From assembly GCA_002269645.1 (NCBI GenBank), contig NIVC01004685.1, positions 1 to 38,150 of the forward strand: a stretch of DNA of 38,150 nt, given 5' to 3'. The DNA is from Macrostomum lignano. Taxonomy: Eukaryota. Under the pieces are notes generated by a model. It did no database searches and was not told the origin of the DNA. It was given only the letters and a program-made list of their open reading frames with translations. Positions 1-12,200 of this stretch are shown in pieces. Within the stretch, counting starts at the first letter, position 1; every line of letters starts with the position of its first letter. The translations under genes were made by a program, and so were the position numbers.

Positions 1-265
1 GCCCTCTCATTCCGCCTCTCATTCCGCCCTCTCATTCGCCCTCTCATTCCGCCCTCTCATTCCGCCCTCTCATCACACCCTCTCATTCCGCCCTCTCATT
101 TCGCCCTCTCATTCCGCCCTCTCATCACACCCTCTCATTCCGCCCTCTCATTTCGCCCTCTCATTCCGCCCCTTCATTCCGCTTTGCCTTATTCCGCCCC
201 CTCATTCCGCCCCCTCATTCCGCCCCCACTTCATTCCGCCCCTTCATTCTGCCCCCTCATTCCGC
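1..265 (+). repeat. Intronic minisatellite, 13-bp unit CCGCCCTCTCATT
   Basis: Direct tandem repetition that ends just before the acceptor at 290-291. Truncated by the window edge. Confidence 0.95.
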
Positions 266-291
266 CATCAACTCGCGCCCACCCGCCCCAG

Positions 292-3200
292 ATCACGGAC
301 AACGAGGACATGACGCCGCTTCACCTGGCCTGCGCGCACGCAAAGCTGGCGCCGTTCGCCTCCTCCTGCAAACGTCGGCCAGCGCCGAGAGCGAGCTGGG
401 CCGGCGTGACTACCTGGACCTCGGCGAGACCAGCGGCCAGACGGCGCTGCACTTGGCCTGCTCGGAGAGCGACGCCGACATCTGCGGGCAGTTGCTGGCG
501 GCCGCCGAGGCAGCTGGCGAAGGCTTCTTGAAAAGATTCGTGAATAAAAAGGATGTCGAACACGTGACCTGCCTGCACTGCGCCGTTGAGCACGGGGCAG
601 TCGACGTGGTGGAGATGTTGTTGCAGAAAGGTGAGGCCTTCTACTGTGGCTTTGTGGGGCCCACAATGATGCTGACTTGTCCTATTATCGAGATGCTCAG
701 CACCCTCTGAGAATATAATAGTTGTAGTTTAGTAAGCCAATTTGTTTTCTTATTTGTTTAACTGGTTGATTACCAAACGGGAATTGTTTTGTCGTAAAAG
801 CATGATTATACAGCAAACATATGTTCTCGTGTGTCGGGCATATCCAATGAGGTTCATTCAGTGTTTGTTTAGTTGAATTTAGTGGATTGTGCCCGCATTG
901 CGTTTAATATCTGTACACGTAAGATTGTATTAACAAAAGCTGTTTAAATACGTTTTTGTCTTGATTGGTTGTTTATTAGTTTTCGTTTCCTTTCCTAGCT
1001 ATATCCGTTGCATTTGAAGTTGCACTAATTAACGTCATCGTTTACGCTATAAGCCGGTTTTAGCTCTCATGCTCGTTCTTCACTAACCTTACGCTTCACA
1101 TTAATCAGAGGAATTCCAGCCATTGATTTCTGCTCCTCTGTGGCCCACCCCACTCCCCAGCATTCCTGTAATTCATTTCTACCCCTCTGTGGCCCACCCC
1201 ACTCCCCAGCATTCCTGTAATTCATTTCTACCCCTCTGTGGCCCACCCCACTCCCCAGCATTCCTGTCATTCATTTCTACCCCACTGCGGCCCACCCCAC
1301 GTCACAGCATTCCCGCCATTAATTTCTGCTCCTCTGCGGCCCACCCCACTCCTCAGCATTCCTGCCATAAAATTCTGCCCCTCTGCAGCCCACCCCACTC
1401 CTCAGCAATCCTTGCCATAAAATTCTGCCCCTCTGCAGCCCACCCCACTCCTCAGCATTCCTTGCCATAAAATTCTGCCCCTCTGCGGCCCACCCCACTC
1501 CTGAGCATTCCTTGCCATAAAATTCTGCCCCTCTGCGGCCCACCCCACTCCTCAGCATTCCTTGCCATAAAATTCGGCCCTCTGCGGCCCACCCCACTCC
1601 TCAGCATTCTTTGCCATAAAATTCTGCCCCTCTGCGGCCCACCCACTCCTCAGCATTCCTGCCATAAAATTCTGCTCCTCTGTGGCCCACCCCACTCCTC
1701 CTCAGCATTCCGCCATTCATTTCTGTCCCTCAGTGGCCCCCTTACTCCCTGACTATAACTAAAACATTCCTAACGACATTATAAGACTAGTTAGCGCTTG
1801 TGAATGTCCACAGTATATAAATTAACGTACTGCTTTTCATATCGTTTCTCTATTGTTCGCTGACTGAAACAAAACGCACGACACGTAATTAAAATGGCGT
1901 TAATCTGCATTTTGCATACTGTTTGTTAGTTACTTCCGGTCAACTCGGCATTGGTGAGTTAAATTTGGCTGCTTGATAGCAGCTCTCCTCGCTTAACTAC
2001 AGGTGCTTGGCTATTTTAATTTTAACCATTCAGTTTGGCAACGAGGGTTTTGTGATTTCCGTAGTTCTGAATTTTTATTGCACAGCGGTATAAACGCCAT
2101 TTGAGGAGGCATTTTGCACCTGAATTTTACTATTATTACTTAGTACTTAAGTATCACGTTATCTGCCTTACGTAACTGTGAGGACATTATTGTATTCTCA
2201 CTGTAAAAGTACATACGATTTTTAACTTGATTCTTGGGGCTGGCAGAGCCCTGCTGCTGCTGCTGCTGCTGCTGCTGCTACTGCTTTCAGAAGCAGAAAT
2301 CAAGCCAATCAAGTCAGGAATGGCACTGGCTTCACTGACTACTAACTGACAATTCAAGTCAGCTTCTATCACAATCGATACTTGTTTTTGCATGCATGAT
2401 ACAATATTTATCATCTTATTTTTACTGTCTTTCTAACATTACAACACCTATGACTGTGTTAATAACATCTAATACAATTTATAAATAAATATAGCAATGC
2501 TTTCATTCTAATCTCGATTAAAGCAAGAACAGAAAGAAATAAAAATTAACTGATTGGCATACTTAAGTTTAACGTCTAAAAATAGAAACTGACATCAACT
2601 TGAATAGCTTCTAAAAATAGCATCAAAACCCTGTACACAATTAAAGCGATTCCAGAGCTTCCAGATGAGTAAGTGCAGTTTGAAATCGAATTCTTGTTTA
2701 GTGGTTTGCTCTTAATTTATATTTTTCTATTTATTTATTAAAAATTTATATTTGACACTAATTGCTTGCATCATTTTCTCTTAAAATGCATTCCAATTCT
2801 ATCGCTGCAATCAAGCAAAATTTGAAGCGACTTTGATGCCAGTTGATTAAAGTTAGGAATAAGTTTAATTTTAATTTTAATTTTAAGTAGTCTAAATAAT
2901 TTGTGTGACCGAAATTAGTAGAGCTTAGAAAAAGGACATTATACCGTAGATGATTAAATAAAAGATATCGAATTGTTTCTAAAATAGAAAGTGACGTCAA
3001 CACTTAGCTTTGTCAAACATTTCTAAAAATAGAAACAAACGCCAGTAAACTGATCTAAATTTATGTACTTTTAGGGAAAAAATTAACTCAGTTTTCCAAA
3101 TAATTCTAAGTTCAAAGCTGCACAATCAAGCATATAAGCTTTTTCACCTCTGCAGGCGCATTCGTGAACGCCACCAACACGGCTGAGCAGACTCCACTTC

Positions 3201-6200
3201 ATCTGGCCGCCCGAACTGGTAACATTCGGCTTATGGAGCTGCTGGTGCAGCACGGAGCCAAACTTGACGCCGTAGACGCTACCAGGTGTGGCGTTTAGTA
3301 CGGCTGTGATGACCGATGTTTTGTAAATTGTGTATCTTCTATTTATTATTAGACCTGTTTATGCATACCCTTACTCAGGTGTGTATGCAGCTACGGTTCT
3401 AATTATTAAAATTCTCCCACTGATCCCATTCTCCCTACTGATCCCATTCTCCCACTGATCCCATTCTCCTACTGATCCCATTGGCCCACTGATCCCCATT
3501 CTCCCTACTGATCCCATTGGCCCACTGATCCCGTTCTCCCTACTGATCCCATTCGCCCACTGATCCCATTCTCCCACTGATCCCATTCTCCTACTGATCC
3601 CATTCTCCCACTGATCCCCATTCTCCCACTGATCCCATTCTCCTACTGATCCCATTCTCCCACTGATCCCCATTCTCCCTACTGATTCCATTCTCCCACT
3701 GATCCCATTCTCCCACCGATCCCATTCTCCTACTGATCCCATTCTCCCACTGATCCCATTCTCCCTACTGATCCCATTCTCCCACTGATCCCCATTCTCC
3801 CACTGATCCCATTCTCCCTACTGATCCCATTCTCCCACTGATCCCCATTCTCCCTACTGATCCCATTGGCCCACTGATCCCGTTCTCCCTACTGATCCCA
3901 TTCGCCCACTGATCCCATTCTCCCACTGATCCCATTCTCCTACTGATCCCATTCTCCCACTGATCCCCATTCTCCCTACTGATCCCATTCTCCCACTGAT
4001 CCCCATTCTCCCACTGATCCCATTCTCTTACTGATCCCATTCTCCCACTGATCCCCATTCTCCCTACTGATTCCATTCTCCCACTGATCCCATTCTCCCA
4101 CCGATCCCATTCTCCTACTGATCCCATTCTCCCACTGATCCCATTCTCCCTACTGATCCCATTCTCCCACTGATCCCCATTCTCCCACTGATCCCATTCT
4201 CCCACTGATCCCCATTCTCCCACTGATCCCCATTCTTCCACTGATCCCCATTCTCCCTACTGATTCCATTCTCCTACTGATCCCATTCTCCCACTGATCC
4301 CATTCTCCCACTTATTCCATTCTCCCAACAGATCCCAACAGATCCCAACAGATCCGTACAGATCCTAACAGATCCCAACAGATCCTAACAGATCCCAACA
4401 GATCCCAACAGATCCTAACAGATCCCAACAGATCCCTACAGATCCGTACAGATCCCAGCAGATCCCAACAGATCCCAGCAGATTCCAACAGATCCCAACA
4501 GATCCCAACAGATTTTAACAGATCCTAACAAAACCTAACAGATCCCAACAGATCCCAACAGATCCTAACAGATCTCAAGAGATCCCAACAGATCCTAACA
4601 GATCTCAAGAGATCCCAACAGATCCTAACAGATCCCAACAGATCCTAACAGATCCCAACAGATCCTAACAGATCCCAACAGATCCCTACAGATCCGTACA
4701 GATCCCAGCAGATCCCAGCAGATCCCAACAGATCCAAACAGATCCCAACAGATCCCAACAGATCCTAACAGATCCCAACAGATCCCAACAGATCCTAACA
4801 GATCCCAACAGATCCTAACAGATCCCAACAGATCCCTACAGATCCGTACAGATCCCAGCAGATCCAGCAGATCCCAACAGATCCCAGCAGATTCCAACAG
4901 ATCCCAACAGATCCCAACAGATCCTAACAGATCCCAACAGATCCTAACAGATCCCAACAGATCCCTACAGATCCGTACAGATCCCAGCAGATCCCAGCAG
5001 ATCCCAACAGATCCAAACAGATCCCAACAGATCCCAACAGATCCTAACAGATCCCAACAGATCCCAACAGATCCTAACAGATCCCAACAGATCCTAACAG
5101 ATCCCAACAGATCCCTACAGATCCGTACAGATCCCAGCAGATCCCAGCAGATCCCAACAGATCCCAGCAGATTCCAACAGATCCCAACAGATCCCAACAG
5201 ATCCTAACAGATCCCAACAGATCCCAACAGATCCTAACAGATCCCAACAGATCCCTACAGATCCGTACAGATCTCAGCAGATCCCAACAGATCCCTACAG
5301 ATCCGTACAGATCCCAGCAGATCCCAGCAGATCCCAACAGATCCAAACAGATCCTAACAGATCCCAACAGATCCTAACAGATCCTAACAGATCCCAACAG
5401 ATCCTAACAGATCCCAACAGATCCTAACAGATCCCAACAGATCTCTACAGATCCCAACAGAACCCAACAGATCCCTACAGATCCCAACAGAACCCAACAG
5501 ATCCTAACAGATCCCAACAGATCTCTACAGATCCCAACAGAACCCAACAGATCCCTACAGATCCCAACAGAACCCAACAGATCCTAACAGATCCCAACAG
5601 ATCCCAACAGATCCCAACAGATCCCAACAGATCCCAACAGATCCTAACAGATCACATTAATCTCTATTCTGTCACTGATCCCAATTACCGCACACTTGTA
5701 GAGCCCGTCCGTCCCAGTGATCGAATCCCCGCAACCCGATCCCGCAGGCAAACGGTTCTCCACAAGGCCGCTTTCTTCGCCCAGCCGAGTCTGCTAGCCA
5801 ACCTGCTGGAGCGGTCCGAGATGGCCCGCCGGTCCAGCCTCGACTGCCGGGACCGGGAGGGCAACACGCCGCTGATGCTGGCCAGCACGGAGAAGGACGA
5901 CCCGGAGTGCGCCCGACTGCTGCTGGCCAAAGGCGCCAGCCCGCTGTGCACTGACGGTCAGGGCAGGACCGCTGTTTACCTGGCGACGCACTGGTGAATG
6001 CTGGGAATATCATGATTTTCGATTTCTCGAGTCCTGAACAGCCTAGAATTTAACAAAGGATAGATGCAGATTCTTTTATTATTACTGTAAGTAGGCTAGT
6101 TAAAAAATTTATACCACTTTTAATTCATACACGCCACTTTTGCTTATTTCTACTTATAGTAGTGCCGACTTGAAGTATTTAGATAAAGAAAATTGATTTT

Positions 6201-9200
6201 TTGGCTCAAAATTATCGATAGAAGTAATAAAAGTTTGTCTTGTACTTTTAGAAATTTTAGTAACTATTAGCTATAAACGTAACTATTAACATACAACTAG
6301 AGACGACCACTTGGCTCTTGTGTGCGAAGGTTTTCGTGCGATTCACAGCCACAGAGAGTGCACATGTCTAACGATTGATTTTTGAGAGGTGATTTTTATC
6401 CCATTTTGTGATTCTTTTCGAAACAAAATTCACTTTCGTACAATTTCCAATTACCCTACTATAAGTAGAAACTTAGGAACATGTTTTTTACATAAAATTT
6501 CATTCAACTCGTTCAGGTACAACCGCCAGGTGCTGCAGGCGCTGCTTGACCACCCGGCCGTGCGGGACGCCCGCATCATTGATGAAAGCGACGCTGCCAA
6601 CAACTCCCCGCTGCACGTGGCCTGCAGGAACGGTAGGCCTGAGGAACCATTCCCAGATCCCCATCTCAGTTATCCCATTCCCAGATCCCCATCTCAGTTA
6701 TCCCATTCCCAGATCCCCATCTCAGTTATCCCATTCCCAGATCCCCATCTCAGTTATCCCATTCCCAGATCCCCATATCAGTTATCCCATTCCCAGATCC
6801 CCATCTCAGTTATCCCATTCCCAGATCCCCATCTCAGTTATCCCATTCCCAGATCCCCATCTTAGTTATCCCATTCCCAGATCCCCATCTCAGTTATCCC
6901 ATTCCCAGATCCCCATCTCAGTTATCCCATACGTAGATCTCAAATATTAATGTCTTAGATTTCAATCTCAATTGTCATATCATCGCAGATCCCTGTCATA
7001 ATCATCCCAAATCGAAATCCTCATAGATTGTGGCCATCACCTGAAAATAAAAATCCTTATTTGTCCCTTTTTTCTTTGCATTATAAAAAGATAAGTTTAT
7101 TTGTTTTAAGTGCACTGCTACTAACAGTAGGCGAGTAGTGTCTCTGGCAGCTAAAATCTGCGCGCGCCATGCACACTGCTCAGGACACGTGGACATCGTG
7201 GAGCTGCTATTGGAGAACGGCGCCGATGCCGAGGCGAAAAACGAGGACGAAGAGACCCCAATGCATCTGGCCGCCCAGGCTGGCCACCTGCAGGTTGTTC
7301 GCCGACTTCTCAAAATCAACCTTTCGCTGGCCTTCGACGAGGACGAGGATTCGAACACGCCGATGCACATGGCGGCTCTGGCCGGACAGGCCCGCATCTG
7401 CCAGCTGCTCATCGAGGAGGGCAAGGCGGACGTGAACGCCAGGAACAGCCGCGGCTGGACTGCGCTGGACTGCGCCGCCTCCAAGGGCTTCACCAATGTT
7501 TGTTAGGGGAATTCTCCCCTCTCTGATTCTCTCTTCCCCTATTCTCCCCTCTCTGATTCTCCCCTCCCCGATTCTCCCCTCCCCGATTCTCCCCTCCCCG
7601 ATTCCCCTCTCCCCAATTCTCCCCTCCCCGATTCTCCCTCCCTGGTTCTCCTCTCTCCGATTCTCCCGTCCCCGATTCTCCCCTCCCCGATTCTAACCCT
7701 CTCTGATTCTCCCCTCCCCGATTCTCCCGTCCCCGATTCTCCCCTCCCCGATTCTCCCGTCCCCGATTCTCTCCTCCCCGATTCTCCCTCCCCGATTCTC
7801 CCCTCCCCGATTCTCCCGCCCCCGATTCTCTCCTCCCCGATTCTCCCGCCCCCGATTCTCTCCTCCCCGATTCTCCCTCCCCGATTCTCCCCTCCCCGAT
7901 TCTCCCGTCCCCGATTCTCTCCTCCCCGATTCTCCCGCCCCCGATTCTCTCCTCCCCGATTCTCCCTCCCCGATTCTCCCCTCCCTGATTCTTCCCTCCC
8001 CGATTCTAACCCTCTCTGATTCTCCCCTCCCCGATTCTCCCCTCCCTGATTCCCCTCTCCCCGATTTTCCCCTCCCCGATTCTCCATCCCGGATTCTCCT
8101 CTCCCTGATCCCCCTCTTTCCAGATCCCCTCTTGCCATTTCTCCCCTCCTTTCTCAAATCCCAATTTCACCCCTCTGCCAAAGCACCACACAAAACTCCC
8201 TACCTTCGCTACGCCGCCCAGGTCGCCAGAACCCTGCTGGAGAACGACTCGCCCACGGACCCGGCGGACAAGTCGAACGTCACGCCGCTGTTTCTGGCCT
8301 GCCAGGGCGGCCACGTTGACATGGCTCGCCTGCTGCTGCGCCGCGGCGCCCGAGCTGCAACCCGAATCAAGTATTCGAATCCCGAGAGCCCGCTGCACAA
8401 CTGCAACTGCTTGGACGCCGCCATCGACAACGGGCACAAGAAGGTGGCGCTCACCCTGCTCAGCTCATCGCAGTGGAAGGAGGCGCTCAGGAATGAGACT
8501 ATTGGGGAGAAGGTTGGTAACCCGTGCCATCACTCCCGATCTTCAGTGTCACTCCCGATCTTCAGTGTCACTCCCGATCTTCAGTGTCACTCCCGATCCT
8601 CAGTGTCACTCCCGATCTTCAGTGTCACTCCCGATCCTCAGTGTCACTCCCGATCTTCAGTGTCACTCCCAACCCTCGGTGTCACTCCCAACCCTCGGTG
8701 TCACTCCCTACCCTCGGTGTCACTCCCAACCCTCGGTGTCACTCTCAACCCTCGGTGTCACTCCCAACCCTCGGTGTCACTCCCAACCCTCGGTGTCACT
8801 CCCTACCCTCGGTGTCACTCCCAACCCTCGGTGTCACTCCCTACCCTCGGTGTCACTCCCAACCCTCGTGTCACTCCCTACCCTCGGTGTCACTCCCAAC
8901 CCTCGGTGTCACTCCCTACCCTCGGTGTCACTCCCAACCCTCGGTGTCACTCCCAACCCTCGGTGTCACTCCCTACCCTCGGTGTCACTCCCAACCCTCG
9001 GTGTCACTCCCTACCCTCGGTGTCACTCCCAACCCTCGGTGTCACTCTCAACCCTCGGTGTCACTCCCAACCCTCGGTGTCACTCCCAACCCTCGGTGTC
9101 ACTCCCTACCCTCGGTGTCACTCCCAACCCTCGGTGTCACTCCCTACCCTCGGTGTCACTCCCAACCCTCGGTGTCACTCCCTACCCTCGGTGTCACTCC

Positions 9201-12200
9201 CAACCCTCGGTGTCACTCCCAACCCTCGGTGTCACTCCCAACCCTCGGTGTCACTCCCTACCCTCGGTGTCACTCCCTACCCTCGGTGTCACTCCCAACC
9301 CTCGGTGTCACTCCCTACCCTCGGTGTCACTCCCAACCCTCGGTGTCACTCTCAACCCTCGGTGTCACTCCCAACCCTCGGTGTCACTCCCAACCCTCGG
9401 TGTCACTCCCAACCCTCGGTGTCACTCCCAACCCTCGGTGTCACTCCCTACCCTCGGTGTCACTCCCAACCCTCGGTGTCACTCCCAACCCTCGGTGTCA
9501 CTCCCAACCCTCGGTGTAATTCCCGATCCTTCAGCCACTTTTTCGTATCCTCACTGCGCTTCCTCAAGCGAAGGCATGCGGATTTCGCCACTCCAGGGCC
9601 AGAAAGATACGCCGCTTCGCAAGCTGATTCGCAAGATGCCGACCATTGCTGAGCGCGTGTTCGACAAATGCGTGGAGATCAACAAGGAGCGCCGGGCCCC
9701 GGAGGACCCGGACTATCGGGTGGCCTTCAACTACGAGTTCTTGGACGACTCCTACATCCGCTGGAGCGGCACTCGCGGCGGCGTTGGCGGCGGTTGCGGC
9801 AGCAAGTCGGACGATTCCGGCTCGGAAGGCGCCTCTGATCATTCGGAGTGCAGCGCCAGCGACATTTACGACTCGTCCGGGCGGCTGAAAGACTCGGCCA
9901 ACGTCGCAGCAACTGGCGGCGGGGCCGTCCGCGATTCGTTGAAGAATCACCCGCTGATGGTGATGGTGAAGTGAGCAATCGCATCCACATCCGCATCCAC
10001 AACCACAGCATCCACATCCACATCCGCATCCACAGCATCCACATCCGCATCCACATCCGCATCCACAGCATCCACATCCGCCTCCACATCTACATCCGCA
10101 TCCACAGCATCCACATCCGCATCCACATCCACATCCGCATCCATAGAATCCCATCCGCATCCCATCCGCATCCGCATTAACATCCGCATCCACATCCGCA
10201 TCCACATCCGCATCCACATCCACATCCGCATCCACAGCATCCACAGCATCCACATCTGCATACACATCCGCATCCACATCCGCATCTGCGTCCGCATCCA
10301 CATCCACATCCGCATCCGCATTCATAGAATCCCATCCGCATCCCATCCGCATCCGCATCCACATCCACATCCACATCCGCATCCGCATACACATCCGCAT
10401 ACACATCCACATCTGCATCCGCATCCACTTCCCTTCAACAATGCAGGACCAAACGCGAGGACCTGCTGCTGCACCCGCTGGTGGCCGCTCTGCTGCGCCA
10501 CAAGTGGACCGCATTCGGCCGCTGGGTTTACTACCTCAACCTGCTGCTATACGCTGTCTTCCTGACCGCATTCACCGTCTACATGCTGTGCACTCCACCA
10601 ACGTACCGTTTCTACGGGCCCTACTATCCCGAGTACAATGTCACTCCGCGGGCCGCGGACGAGTGCCAGCAGGTTCAGCGCGCTAATCCTGGCTTCAGGC
10701 AACACGAGGCGCCTGCGGTGGCGGTGTGGCTGATTGTGCCACTGGGGATTCTGTTCCTGCTCAAAGAGGTCAGCTCGTGCAATGCTCGTGCTCAGGGCTC
10801 AGTACAGTATTGGCGCGCTTGTATGTGCTCATTAAGAGTTTAAGATTGGTGATCAGTCACTCGAAAACTCCCACTTCCAGACCGCAAGTCTGGGAGCAGA
10901 ATTCAGTGATCACTTACTGTTGTGGGTCTCCTCTGCTTCTAGGTCAGGTTCCAGTAGCGCGCAAGGTTCTCTTCTTGGATTCTGAAGTCGGCCGAGTTTG
11001 AGAGCACTTTGGTGAAAGTAACAATTTAATCTGTCGACACTAATGTATTTCTCAAGATCAGTAATCAGAATCAGAGATGCGCCCTAATAACAAAATCAAT
11101 TCTATAACAATAACGAAGTCCTCCAGAAGGGCGTCTTCTTTTAGAAATAACGGAATCGGAGTCGTGCGCCCTTATCTGTTACTCTAGGGTACCAAAATCA
11201 ATCAAAATCAATAATCGTCTTGTTTATTGGTTTTGGCTCCTTTTGGTTTTGGCTTGATAATCGGCATCGTTTACTTTTTTGGGGTCGTGATTCGTTGTTT
11301 ACGATATTTGGGGTAATATTGATTCATCTTTGCGTTACAAATAGTATCATGATTCAAGCTTTAATTGTACTGCAATATTTGTGTTACTCTACTTACAGTA
11401 GCATTTTGTGAACGAATGAACCTTTACACTCAGAAGTCAGTGGAATGAGCAGAATTGTCTCAGCACTGGCTGTGTGGCGATTGCGCCGCCAGGACTCCCG
11501 CAGCCCTCCTGCGAATGTGTATTATTTGCATGTATATTTTGATTCCGACAAAAACTTTAACTACTCTGCACCGTATGAAACTAATCTCCAGGTCGGCCAG
11601 GTGTTTATGAATCGGTTGAAGTACCTGAACTTCGAGAACCTGATGGACTGGAGCATCTTCACTCTGGCCATTGTCACTGTTATTGACTTTAACGAGTGCC
11701 AGAGGGTCACCGGCATTCGCACGGTGAGGGCTGCAAGTTTTTTGTCAACCGTGAATGGATTAGGGTGCAGAGCAGATGGATTAGGGTGCAGAGTGAATGG
11801 ATTAGGGTATACTGTAGAGTGAGTGGATTAGGGTATACTGTAGAGTGAATGGATTAGGGTGTACTGTAGAGTGAATGGATTAGGGTGTACTGTAGAGTGA
11901 ATGGATTAGGGTGTACTGTAGAGTGAATGGATTAGGGTATACTGTAGAGTGAATGGATTAGGGTATACTGTAGAGTGAATGGATTAGGGTGTACTGTAGA
12001 GTGAATGGATTAGGGTATAGAGTGAATGAATTAGAGTACAGATTGAATGGATTAGGGTGCAGAGAAAATAGATTAGGTTATAGAGTGAATGGATTAGGGT
12101 GCAGAGTGAATGAATTAGGGTACAGAGTGAATGGATTAGGGTATAGAGTGAATGGATTAGGGTGCAGAGAAAATAGATTAGGGTATAGAGTGAATGGATT

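Noticed and set aside
2200-2350. Poly-Leu stretch ([18 protein letters not shown]) resembling a signal peptide of a nested small gene
   Set aside because: It arises from a (CTG)n microsatellite, with no in-frame ATG or convincing exon chain.
3371-5367. Trp/Gly- and Cys-rich repetitive ORFs on the minus strand
   Set aside because: These are translations of 17-19-bp and 10-bp satellites, open in several frames and without domain or splice context.
8132-9974. 506-aa, 552-aa and 331-aa ORFs with repeated [16 protein letters not shown] motifs, suggesting a repetitive adhesive or structural protein
   Set aside because: They are read-through of a stop-free 19-bp intronic array in all three frames. 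Clean GT-AG splicing (8512>9597) joins the flanking TRPA exons in phase.
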